DNA of 64,000 nt from Candidatus Nanohaloarchaea archaeon (GCA_013343275.1 CP046106.1:672001-736000), one strand, 5' to 3'; counted from the stretch's first letter, positions 40,176 through 48,828 are shown. Made by a program: numbers and translations. The notes: generated by a model from the letters alone, not told the origin.

Positions 40176-40568
40176 ATGAAATTAGCGCACACAATGCTTA
40201 GAGTAGGTAACCCAGAAGAGGTAATCGAGTTCTACAAAGAGGCCTTCGACATGGAACTGAAGAGAAAGTCAGAACAAGACTCCTTCACACTTTACTTCCT
40301 CGGACACCCAGGCCAGACAGCAGAACTCGAACTCACATACAACCACGGCCAGGACGACAAATACGGGAAAGGTGAAGGATTCGGCCACATCGCAATCCAC
40401 ACACCAGAGGACATGACACTGCAGGAAGCATACGACAACGCAGTAGAGGCCGGCGGAGAAGACTACAGGCCTCCAGAAGAATGTCCCGGCGACTACGCAT
40501 TCGTCAAAGATCCTGAAGGCTACGAAGTAGAGATACTTGCAAGGCCTGCAGCCACACCGGAAGAATAA
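40176..40568 (+). CDS. gloA: Glyoxalase I / VOC family protein
   Basis: HTMLRV, LELTYN, GFGHIA, FVKDPEGYEVE. Confidence 0.9.
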   Translation: MKLAHTMLRVGNPEEVIEFYKEAFDMELKRKSEQDSFTLYFLGHPGQTAELELTYNHGQDDKYGKGEGFGHIAIHTPEDMTLQEAYDNAVEAGGEDYRPPEECPGDYAFVKDPEGYEVEILARPAATPEE

Positions 40569-40616
40569 CTCCTCCAACGCTTTCTTCTTTAATTCTCCAG
40601 AACCAACTATACTCAC

Positions 40617-41132
40617 ATGAAGGAGATCGAGGCCAAAATCCTGGAAGTAGATCCTGCAGAAATCCGTCGAAAAATGCAGGAAATGAACGCTGAGAAAAAA
40701 TTCGAGGGCAAAGTACAGTCAGAGTTCTACGACTACGAAGACGGCCGTATCGAGGAAAACGGCATACTTCGGCTCCGAAGGCTAGGGTCGGAGACCATTC
40801 TCACCCGGAAAACAGATGAAGAAAATCAGGACGGAGCAAAAGTCATGGAAGAGATCGAGTTCGAGGTCGGCGATATGGATGAAGCCCGTGCACTACTCAC
40901 ATCACTCGGCCTTGAACAGATACACTCCAGTGAGAAAACCAGAGCCAAATGGCATCACGGCCGAATAGAATACGTCATCGACTGGTACCCGGACATACCA
41001 GCACTACTGGAAATCGAGGCCCCGACACAGCAGGAACTCACAGAAGCCATCGAAGACCTGGGCTACAACCCTGACGAGGCCAAAGACTGGGACAGCCACG
41101 ACCTCTACCAGCACTACGACGCAGAAAGATAA
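40617..41132 (+). CDS. CYTH (class IV adenylate cyclase/triphosphatase) protein
   Basis: EIEAK, LRLR, EIEFEV, K.R, LEIEA. Confidence 0.9.
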   Translation: MKEIEAKILEVDPAEIRRKMQEMNAEKKFEGKVQSEFYDYEDGRIEENGILRLRRLGSETILTRKTDEENQDGAKVMEEIEFEVGDMDEARALLTSLGLEQIHSSEKTRAKWHHGRIEYVIDWYPDIPALLEIEAPTQQELTEAIEDLGYNPDEAKDWDSHDLYQHYDAER

Positions 41133-41202
41133 CATACATTTTCACTTCCCCTCTATATTTCTCCCTCTCAGACCTCGATAATACTCACAACAAAGGCCCG
41201 AT

Positions 41203-41256
41203 TGTTCAAAATTATCGAACACCATACCACACAGCCGTGTTAATTTATAGCGAACA
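41203..41256. repeat. Two TGTTM-N9-GAACA palindromes
   Basis: 41203-41221 TGTTCaaaattatcGAACA; 41238-41256 TGTTAatttatagcGAACA. Confidence 0.75.
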
Positions 41257-41296
41257 TTCAATATTTTTTAATAGGTTTTGAGACAACTTATGAGTT

Positions 41297-41596
41297 ATGA
41301 CACAACCCTACGAGAGTTCAGACAGCATGAACACTCTCACAGAACAGGCCTATGAGCATATAGAAGAGGCGTTAGACGACCAGATAGACTACTGGGAAGA
41401 TCAGCAGGCAGCTGTTGCACTAGGCCAGTTCCTGGAAGGAGATCACGAAGGCGCCGAAGAACTCGAAAGAATAGAAGGTGAGATTTTCATGGGAGAGAGC
41501 CTGAAAACCATGTTAGAGGCCTCTGTAGGAGAACAAATTAATACCGAAAACGCCGTCCAGATGGTACAAGGATACCTTCAGGAGAACACTTACTGA
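41297..41596 (+). CDS. Acidic hypothetical protein
   Basis: 99-aa acidic helical ORF. Confidence 0.7.
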   Translation: MTQPYESSDSMNTLTEQAYEHIEEALDDQIDYWEDQQAAVALGQFLEGDHEGAEELERIEGEIFMGESLKTMLEASVGEQINTENAVQMVQGYLQENTY

Positions 41597-41637
41597 GTGT
41601 GCAAAAAGACCAAACACCCATTGATTTCAGGCCCATT

Positions 41638-41832
41638 CCAGAAAACCCTCATAATAAAGAAGGTATATCGCAACTTAGGCCGCATGTGTTTTCTGGCATC
41701 TTCTTGGTGCTTTAGCTTGGGGTCGCGCCATAGATCAGCCATATAATAAAGAAGGTATATTTTCACCTTGCTGAATGACCAGGTCCAATTCACTGGTCTC
41801 TATTATACCTCCTTTGTTATGAGCATTTCTAG
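41638..41832. repeat. Three copies (two direct, one inverted) of ATAAYAAAGRAGGTATA between convergent genes
   Basis: 41648-41667 (+), 41743-41760 (+), 41804-41823 (-). Confidence 0.8.
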
Positions 41833-41903
41833 AATATTGCCAGAAAATCAGGAAAGTTCGGCCGGTCTTCATACTCATTGAGAAGAAAATATGGAGAAAA
41901 AGT

Positions 41904-42281
41904 TTATTCTCTGAGGCCTTCAAGTCGTTCACTCCAGTACTCGAAGGAGTTTTCCGCTGCCTGACGGCCTAGATCCCTGTTGCTCCACCTCTCCTTCAGG
42001 TATCCGCTTAGTGCAGCACCCACAGCTACAGCTGCGAACTCTTCTGGGCCTCCTCCAGACATGTAGGAGAATGTGCCTCCGCCTGCTGCTGCACCGGCTG
42101 TCGCCCCATTCAGATCATCGCGATCAGGAGATAGGTAGTCGCTGATAGTGTAGTCTCCTGTCTCAGCAGCGATCAAATCCGCAAATTCGCTATTGCCCAA
42201 GGCTCTAGCTCTTTCCTCCATTATTGGAGCAATTTCCTCGTTAATTTCTATGTACGCTTCTTCTGATTCCATTTTCACCAC
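41904..42281 (-). CDS. Hypothetical protein with glycine-zipper-like hydrophobic hairpin
   Basis: GATAGAAAGGG...AAVAVGAALSGY; GAGGTGGTG RBS. Confidence 0.7.
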   Translation of the reverse strand: MVKMESEEAYIEINEEIAPIMEERARALGNSEFADLIAAETGDYTISDYLSPDRDDLNGATAGAAAGGGTFSYMSGGGPEEFAAVAVGAALSGYLKERWSNRDLGRQAAENSFEYWSERLEGLRE

Positions 42282-42333
42282 CTCAAATAATAGTTGTTAC
42301 CCAATAGATAAAAATTTACTGGTTATAACCCTA

Positions 42334-42543
42334 TTAGGCCTTTTCTGTGTGTTCATTTAGCAATTGAAGCACAATATCTCTGTTATTCTCTGTATAAAGA
42401 ATATTCGCAGTGGCGTCTTCTGATTCAGTAACCGATATTCCTAGGCCTGTATTATCGAATACCTCCTTTAGCCTGGAGTAGAGGCCTGTTTCTCCGTGTA
42501 GAATAAACTTGCTTCCATCGTCCTGTATTTTGTAAACTCTCAT
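42334..42543 (-). CDS. Small hypothetical protein (start uncertain: 42543 or 42600)
   Basis: Open frame; MRVYKIQDDG start; the upstream extension overlaps a palindromic site. Confidence 0.5.
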   Translation of the reverse strand: MRVYKIQDDGSKFILHGETGLYSRLKEVFDNTGLGISVTESEDATANILYTENNRDIVLQLLNEHTEKA

Positions 42544-42580
42544 AACGTATTTTTCGAGGCCATCAGTCAAAAAGAATGGG

Positions 42581-42700
42581 TGTTCGCATAGTTTGAACAC
42601 TCAACAACCATGAATTAACTCTTCAGTACAAACAACAGCTTTTAAAAGACATTGAATGTTCGTCTTTCTTTAACAGTGTATTGTTCACAGAAATCGAACA
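42581..42700. repeat. Three TGTTC-N9-KAACA palindromes
   Basis: 42581-42599, 42657-42675, 42682-42700. Confidence 0.75.
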
Positions 42701-42778
42701 CCCTGAAACGAGATGTGAGTAGAACAGGGCCTCTGAAGGAGGAAAAATTCTTCAGTACCTAGCCGAATACTGTAAGGT

Positions 42779-43423
42779 ATGAGCAACGGCCTGGTAGTTG
42801 AGGAGAATCCTGATGCAGGTCATGGCCTTCTGGTAGTGCCTGGTATCAGTAGTGGGCCTTTCGGCAGTCCTTTCGATGAAGTAGTGGATGAGATGAGTGA
42901 ATACTGCAGTGTTGTGAGGGTTGACGCATGGGATGATGCAAGAGACCTGGAGGATATGACACTGAGAGATCTACATGAGATAGTTGAAGGCGCCGTGGAG
43001 AGATTGAGAGATCTGGGCTGCGAAGGGATACATGTGCTGGGCAAGTCCTTCGGAGGCCAGCTTGCATTAACCTATCCAGAGAATGTGAGTTTTGATTCAA
43101 TGGTTCTGTGGGCTCCAGCAGTAGGCCTTGGTGAGAACAATGTGGAAAAGTGGAGATCTACTGCTCTTAGGCAGGCCTCTACAGCTACAGATATCTCCAT
43201 CGACATATCAGAGCTTGAAGGCCTTGACGTAGAGACTCTTCTGATACATGGAGAGAACGATCAGGTAGTTGAAGTAGAGAACTCAAGAAGGATAGCCGAT
43301 CAGTTGCCGGATGGCGATGTGAGAGTTATCGAAGATACCGGTCACTCCTTTGAAGGTCACGAAGGAGAGGTCGCAGAAATTACGGTAGATTTTCTCAGTC
43401 AAGCAACTTCATCAGATCGTTAA
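42779..43423 (+). CDS. Alpha/beta hydrolase
   Basis: GKSFGG nucleophile elbow, IHGENDQVV, TGHSF. Confidence 0.9.
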   Translation: MSNGLVVEENPDAGHGLLVVPGISSGPFGSPFDEVVDEMSEYCSVVRVDAWDDARDLEDMTLRDLHEIVEGAVERLRDLGCEGIHVLGKSFGGQLALTYPENVSFDSMVLWAPAVGLGENNVEKWRSTALRQASTATDISIDISELEGLDVETLLIHGENDQVVEVENSRRIADQLPDGDVRVIEDTGHSFEGHEGEVAEITVDFLSQATSSDR

Positions 43424-43664
43424 GTGCGTGGGCTACATCCTGGCCTCGTGATGTGAGTTCGATATACTTTTTCCTGCCTTTTTTCCGGGTCTCAATCAGG
43501 CCTATTTCCTCAAGCTTCTGTATTATCCTTACAGCATGGGAGTAAGTGCAGTCAATGTTGGAGGACAAGGCAGATGCATAGTTTTCTGCGGAGGGATCAG
43601 CCAGCCTCACCATCATCTTGGCGGGCTTGGTGTGCAGGAAGAACTCCTGTTCGCTTTCATCCAT
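43395..43664 (-). CDS. MarR-like winged-helix regulator
   Basis: YASALS..IDCTYSHAVRIIQKLEEIGLI...KGRKKYIELTSRG. Confidence 0.9.
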   Translation of the reverse strand: MDESEQEFFLHTKPAKMMVRLADPSAENYASALSSNIDCTYSHAVRIIQKLEEIGLIETRKKGRKKYIELTSRGQDVAHALNDLMKLLD

Positions 43665-43773
43665 TATATCAACTGTACATGTTTATTGTGGTTCTAAGTT
43701 AATATTCTCTTTGGTTGTGATAGAGTCCATCTTTGACTTTATAATGGTTTTGTGCACTATTCTAAACGTGACA

Positions 43774-43971
43774 ATGGAATTCTCTACAGCTAAAATGAAG
43801 GAAATGATCAAAGGCCAAGGAGACAAAAGAGTTTCCGAGGAAAGCGCCGAAAGACTGGGAGAGATCCTGGAAACATTCGCCGGCGACGTAGCAGAGGAAG
43901 CAATCGCAGTCGCTAAGGAAGACGACCGCAAGACAGTAAGGAAAGAAGACGTCAAGAAGGCTCTTCGATAA
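43774..43971 (+). CDS. Second, divergent archaeal histone
   Basis: MEFSTAKMKEMIK...RVSEESA..L...EEA..VAKEDDRKTVRKEDV histone fold. Confidence 0.88.
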   Translation: MEFSTAKMKEMIKGQGDKRVSEESAERLGEILETFAGDVAEEAIAVAKEDDRKTVRKEDVKKALR

Positions 43972-44049
43972 CTCCTGCTACCTATTATTTTTCTATTTTT
44001 GAACTCTCACACGAAAGAGGATTTAAGATTTCCATTCACTTCTTACAGT

Positions 44050-45048
44050 ATGGACACCGAGGAAATTATAGAGAAAATAGTCGAAGAGACAGAACTCGAT
44101 GAAGACGAAGTAAAGGAAAAAGTAGAAGCTAAAATGGACGAGTTCGAAGGCCTTGTATCGGAAGAGGGCGCAGTCCACCTGGTTGCCAAGGAACACGGAG
44201 TTAACGTAGGCCAGGAAATGAGCGAAGACCTCAAAATAGAAAATATTGTACCAGACATGCGTAAAGTCAACTTCAAGGCCCGCGTAGTAAATATATCCGA
44301 CATGAATACTTTCGAGAGAGATGATGAAGAGGAAGATGGCCGTGTCCAGAACGTTGTCCTCGGTGACGACACAGGAACTATCAGAATGACCCTCTGGGAC
44401 GAACAGACAGATATAGCGGACAAGATCGACGAAGGCGACCCTATCGAGATAACCGGAGCCTACACCATGGAAGACGACCGCGGAAACGCAGAGATCCGGC
44501 TAGGCGACTCCGCAAAGGTCGCAATGGCTGACGAAGAAGACGTACCGGAAGTAGAGACCGGCGGATCAGATACAGAAGAGGCCTCGATCAGAGAAGTTAA
44601 CTCGGAGAACTCCTCTTACAGGATCAGCGGTATGCTGATGGCTGTATACACCAACAATCCTTTCTACCGTGTCGACCCTGAAACCGGCGACACAGTAAGA
44701 GAGAACGACGACGGAGAATACGTAACAGACGATGGAGATGTTGTAGAGGAACCAGGCCACCGACTGGCACTTTCAGGAGTACTGGACGACGGCACAGGCA
44801 ACATCAGAGTAGTATTCTTCGGAGAGCAGGCCCGTGATGTGCTCGGTATCGATGAAGAGACAGAGAAAGAAGGAGACCTGCAGGCCGTAGAGGATGCCGG
44901 TGAAGAAGCAGTAGGAACAGAGCTGGAAGTTGAAGGTAGGACCCGATACAACGACTACTTCGGCCGCATCGAGCTTCTTGCAAACAGTGTCGAAGAAGTA
45001 GACACAGAAGAACAGCTGGAAGATCTCCTGGAAGTAATGGAGGTCTAA
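44050..45048 (+). CDS. rpa: Replication protein A / OB-fold ssDNA-binding protein
   Basis: GLVSEEGAVHLVA N-domain; two OB folds (GDDTGTIRMTLW, LDDGTGNIRVVFF). Confidence 0.9.
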   Translation: MDTEEIIEKIVEETELDEDEVKEKVEAKMDEFEGLVSEEGAVHLVAKEHGVNVGQEMSEDLKIENIVPDMRKVNFKARVVNISDMNTFERDDEEEDGRVQNVVLGDDTGTIRMTLWDEQTDIADKIDEGDPIEITGAYTMEDDRGNAEIRLGDSAKVAMADEEDVPEVETGGSDTEEASIREVNSENSSYRISGMLMAVYTNNPFYRVDPETGDTVRENDDGEYVTDDGDVVEEPGHRLALSGVLDDGTGNIRVVFFGEQARDVLGIDEETEKEGDLQAVEDAGEEAVGTELEVEGRTRYNDYFGRIELLANSVEEVDTEEQLEDLLEVMEV

Positions 45049-45059
45049 AAACTTATACT

Positions 45060-45122
45060 ATGACAAGATTTCAAACAGTTAGAACGCATTCAACGAATTC
45101 AGAAACAAAGGTGAGTTACTAA
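45060..45122 (+). CDS. Intercistronic mini-ORF MTRFQTVRTHSTNSETKVSY
   Basis: Starts 11 nt after the RPA stop. Its TAA is immediately followed by the radA ATG. Confidence 0.4.
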   Translation: MTRFQTVRTHSTNSETKVSY

Positions 45123-46073
45123 ATGGGAAATAACACAGATCTTGAAGACCTGGACGGCGTAGGAGGAAAAACAGCAGAGAGACTGAGAGAGGAAGGCCTT
45201 ACCAACCTAATGGAGATAGCAAACATGAAGGCCGGAGAACTATCCGGAAAGGTCGACGGCATCGGAGAGTCAGCAGCAGAGAGCATAGTCAACTCTGCAA
45301 TGGACAAGGCTGATGTAGGAGGTTTCGAGACAGGAACCGACCGGTACGAGAAAAGGCAGGAGATGGAAAAGATTTCAACCAACTCCGAGAGCTTCAACGA
45401 ACTGCTTGACGGCGGAATCGAGACACAGTCCTTGACAGAGCTTTACGGAGAGTTCGGAGCAGGAAAAACTCAGATCGCACACCACCTCGCAGTAAACGTC
45501 CAGCGACCGGAAGAAGACGGCGGCCTCGGAAAAGGAGCAATCTACATCGACACAGAAGATACTTTCATACCCGAGAGAATCGAGCAGATGGCAGAGGCGC
45601 AGGGAATGGACTCTGAAGAAGTACTAGACAATATCCATGTAGCAAGGGCCCTGAACTCCGACCATCAGATGCTACTGGCAGAAGAAGCCAAACAGATATG
45701 TGAAGACGAGGAGATAGGCCTTATCGTCGTTGACTCACTGATGGCTCACTTCCGTTCAGAGTACGTAGGCAGAGGAGAGCTGGCTAAAAGACAGCAGAAA
45801 CTCAACAAGCACATGTCAACACTGCTGAAAGCAGCCAACACCTACAACGTGGCAGTCATCCTGACCAACCAGGTCATGGACAACCCAGATCAGATGTTTG
45901 GAGACCCTACAAAGGCTATCGGAGGAAACATCGTCGCACACAACTGCGCTACGATCATCTACCTCCGCAAAGGTAAGAAAGACACAAGGGTTGCAAGACT
46001 GGAAGACAGCCCTTACCTGCCGGAAGGAGAGGCCGTCTACTCAATCGAAGACGAAGGAATCATCGACGGCTAA
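45123..46073 (+). CDS. radA: Recombinase RadA, intein-free
   Basis: N-terminal HhH, GEFGAGKTQ, IDTEDTF, VDSL, RQQKL, TNQV. Confidence 0.97.
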   Translation: MGNNTDLEDLDGVGGKTAERLREEGLTNLMEIANMKAGELSGKVDGIGESAAESIVNSAMDKADVGGFETGTDRYEKRQEMEKISTNSESFNELLDGGIETQSLTELYGEFGAGKTQIAHHLAVNVQRPEEDGGLGKGAIYIDTEDTFIPERIEQMAEAQGMDSEEVLDNIHVARALNSDHQMLLAEEAKQICEDEEIGLIVVDSLMAHFRSEYVGRGELAKRQQKLNKHMSTLLKAANTYNVAVILTNQVMDNPDQMFGDPTKAIGGNIVAHNCATIIYLRKGKKDTRVARLEDSPYLPEGEAVYSIEDEGIIDG

Positions 46074-46198
46074 ACCATCTTCTCAAAATTTTTTATTTTA
46101 TCTAACTAATCAAAGAAAATTAGCAAATATGTTCGATCGATTGGAGAAAATCATTAATTTTCCGAAATCAATTTAAATTTTCTAAGCGAAATCAAGGT

Positions 46199-47683
46199 AT
46201 GGACGAAGAAAGAGTACTCTCCAGTCTTCGTAGAGACAACCCTTGGTGGTCTAAACAGAGTATAGATTGGGATGAGAATTATTACAAGAGGAGCCATTAC
46301 TATATGTTAAGGAGGCAGATAGAGGAAGAGGAGATTACAGGTTTACTAGGGCCAAGAAGAGTAGGTAAGACCACCATACTAAAGCAGATTGCAGAATACC
46401 TAGTTGAGGAGAAAGACGTTCCCACCGAGAGAATATTTTTTGTTCAGATGGATAATCCCTATCTAAATAGTTCTCTAGAAGATCCTCTAAAAGACATACT
46501 GGAAGTATATCAAGACTATATTTTAGAAGACAGCTTCGAGAATATCGAAGAGCCAGTCTATATATTTTTAGACGAAATTCAGGTTTTGGATAATTGGGCC
46601 GAAAAGCTGAAATATTGGTATGACCTCGATTATGAACTAGTATTTACTATTACTGGGTCCTCTAGCGCCAAAATAACCGCCGGCTCAGAGTCGCTATTAG
46701 GACGTATTATTGATAGAAACATGCTTCCTCTAAAGTTTTCAGAAACGATTAAAATGAAGAGAGAGTGTGGTGAGATGGACTTAGAGATGGAACATCAAAA
46801 AAATAAACATATAATGAAGTCTTCATTTGAGAAGGCTATTAAGGAAGATGATCCTAAGGGGCTGTATCGTGCATTCACCAAAAATACTTCTTTCCTAAGA
46901 AACGATAAATCCAAGATTAAACCCGAACTTGAGAGATACCTTAACAGAGGAGGTTATCCTCGAATTATACAGAAGGAAATTGAAGAGGGCCTAGATTTAG
47001 ATTACGCGTCTAGAAAACTAGAGAATGACGCTGAGAAAGCGATACAGAAAGATGCTTCTGAAATTTATGATGTCTCACCAGACAAACTCATGAAAATAGC
47101 TATTTTTATAGCTGACAACACTGCTCAGAAGCTAGTAAAGAGTAGCTTATCTGATTTTGTTGGAGTTTCCGGGTCCACGGCAGCAAAATATGTTGACCAC
47201 TTGGAGGAAGCCTACATCATTCACAGATCAAAACATTACTCAGGCAGTGCAGCGGCGTCAGAAAGAAAGCAGCAGAAATCCTATATTTGGGATCCGGGTT
47301 TTAGAAACGCCATTGTTGGTTCTCTAGGAGGCAACTACAACATGCCTCCCGAAGAAAAAGGTCTTGTTGTAGAATCTGTCTGCGCAGACCATATGAAGAG
47401 ATTATCCTATAGCATTGAAGGTTCCAAAGAAAACGTGTACTTCTGGGACTATCAGCAAGGAGAAGTAGACATAGTTCTTAATATATCAGATAAAACAGTT
47501 CCCATTGAGGTTAAATATCGTGATGAAGTGAAGAAATCTGACTTGAAAGGGCTAAATCGCTTTATCTACGATAACGGAATAGATTATGGAATAGTCATCA
47601 CAAAAGATAAAACAGATATTATGGAGTTAAGAGAAGGCAAAGCTGTACTTATCCCGCTTTGGAGCCTTCTAATGATGATATAA
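46199..47683 (+). CDS. AAA+ ATPase (AAA_14 + DUF4143 type) with C-terminal PD-(D/E)xK motif
   Basis: NPWW, GPRRVGKTT, FLDEIQ, TGSS, GGYP, EVDIV...PIEVK; AT-rich. Confidence 0.9.
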   Translation: MDEERVLSSLRRDNPWWSKQSIDWDENYYKRSHYYMLRRQIEEEEITGLLGPRRVGKTTILKQIAEYLVEEKDVPTERIFFVQMDNPYLNSSLEDPLKDILEVYQDYILEDSFENIEEPVYIFLDEIQVLDNWAEKLKYWYDLDYELVFTITGSSSAKITAGSESLLGRIIDRNMLPLKFSETIKMKRECGEMDLEMEHQKNKHIMKSSFEKAIKEDDPKGLYRAFTKNTSFLRNDKSKIKPELERYLNRGGYPRIIQKEIEEGLDLDYASRKLENDAEKAIQKDASEIYDVSPDKLMKIAIFIADNTAQKLVKSSLSDFVGVSGSTAAKYVDHLEEAYIIHRSKHYSGSAAASERKQQKSYIWDPGFRNAIVGSLGGNYNMPPEEKGLVVESVCADHMKRLSYSIEGSKENVYFWDYQQGEVDIVLNISDKTVPIEVKYRDEVKKSDLKGLNRFIYDNGIDYGIVITKDKTDIMELREGKAVLIPLWSLLMMI

Positions 47684-47698
47684 TCACAGGACGCCATC

Positions 47699-47944
47699 TT
47701 GGCTTACGATCACGAAGGTCCTGTATTCTTCAACGAAGACGAACGCAGAGAGCTGGATAGAGACTCCAATCTACTGATAGGAGACTACGGCCAGGTCAAA
47801 GACGAAGACACCGAAAACTGGCTGAGACATCGACTCGACCACCTGAACGCATACATCACAGCAAACAGAGATGTCGTCAAGATAATCAACTTCGAAGACG
47901 AAGAACTATCAGCCAGAGTTGAAGGAGAAGAATACAGAATATAA
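47699..47944 (+). CDS. Small acidic hypothetical protein
   Basis: TTG start, host-like codons. Confidence 0.55.
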   Translation: MAYDHEGPVFFNEDERRELDRDSNLLIGDYGQVKDEDTENWLRHRLDHLNAYITANRDVVKIINFEDEELSARVEGEEYRI

Positions 47945-47956
47945 GAAAATACAGGC

Positions 47957-47975
47957 GATAGGCCTTTGAAGGCCC
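47957..47975. terminator. Hairpin between convergent genes
   Basis: GGCCTT-TG-AAGGCC. Confidence 0.4.
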
Positions 47976-47978
47976 TGC

Positions 47979-48239
47979 TTAAATCATGTCATCTTCAGAG
48001 ACAATCACAAAGTCTCCGATAGACTTGACAGCGGAGAAAGGCACTAGATTACGGCCTTTCCTGTCTTCCTGAAGGCTCTGCTCCGAGATGTTCTCTGTAG
48101 TATTGGTTATCAAGATGTTCATCAGCTCTCCTGTATCAGATACAAAGGAGAGGTCATCTACTTCGCCAAATTTTTTACCATGTTCTTCTGAAACAATTGT
48201 CTTGCCTTTGATCTCGGTACCACGCGGATTGTTTGCCAT
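47979..48239 (-). CDS. PRC-barrel protein (CdpB-like, possibly cell division)
   Basis: GKTIVS..GKKFGEVDD...TGEL...VPFSAVKSIGDFVIV. Confidence 0.88.
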   Translation of the reverse strand: MANNPRGTEIKGKTIVSEEHGKKFGEVDDLSFVSDTGELMNILITNTTENISEQSLQEDRKGRNLVPFSAVKSIGDFVIVSEDDMI

Positions 48240-48288
48240 TTTCAGTTCGCCTAAGTATTTATGAGCATCTCATAATTAAAAACTTTGT

Positions 48289-48828
48289 ATGCCGAGAGTA
48301 TTCTCCGCCGTAGAAATAGAAGACGAAGAAGTACTTGACAGACTGGAGGAAATACGCAACGAAGTAGACCAAGGATTCAAACCCGTACCACGGGAGAAAA
48401 TGCATATCACTCTCGAGTTCTTCAAAGACATAGACAGCCAGGAAATCCAGAGGATCAAGAAATCAATGCAAGATACCGGTATAGAGCCTTTTACGGCAGA
48501 GATCAGAGGCCTGGGCGCCTTCCCCTCCCGAGACTACATACGGGTTATCTGGGCCGGCGTAGAATCCGGAGAACTGCATGAACTGAAAGAAGATATTTCA
48601 GGCCACGAAGTCAGCAACTCAAACGAAGAAGAGTTCAGGCCTCATATAACACTACACAGGGTAGAAAACCTGGACAGCAGCGGAAAGAAAGAGATACAGC
48701 AGAAACTGGACAAGTACTCCGGCCAGAAGATTGCGGAGATAGAGGTAGACAAAGTAAAGCTGTTTGAAAGCGTTCTGGATGACGACGGCTCCCGATACAG
48801 AGAGCTGGAAGTGAAGGAGCTTGGATGA
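48289..48828 (+). CDS. thpR: RNA 2',3'-cyclic phosphodiesterase (2H)
   Basis: Two HxT motifs (HITLEF, PHITL), GAFP...RVIW.G. Confidence 0.92.
   Translation: MPRVFSAVEIEDEEVLDRLEEIRNEVDQGFKPVPREKMHITLEFFKDIDSQEIQRIKKSMQDTGIEPFTAEIRGLGAFPSRDYIRVIWAGVESGELHELKEDISGHEVSNSNEEEFRPHITLHRVENLDSSGKKEIQQKLDKYSGQKIAEIEVDKVKLFESVLDDDGSRYRELEVKELG

Noticed and set aside
41648-41823. Degenerate CRISPR array
   Set aside because: Only three short copies with irregular spacing, one inverted, and no cas genes
41596-41904. Canonical ORB-type oriC; ORFs 41590..41793 and 41735..41932
   Set aside because: No TTCCA-N3-GAAA plus G-string boxes, and a canonical origin would be expected upstream of cdc6, outside the window. 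The ORFs are basic, unlike the proteome, and overlay the repeats.
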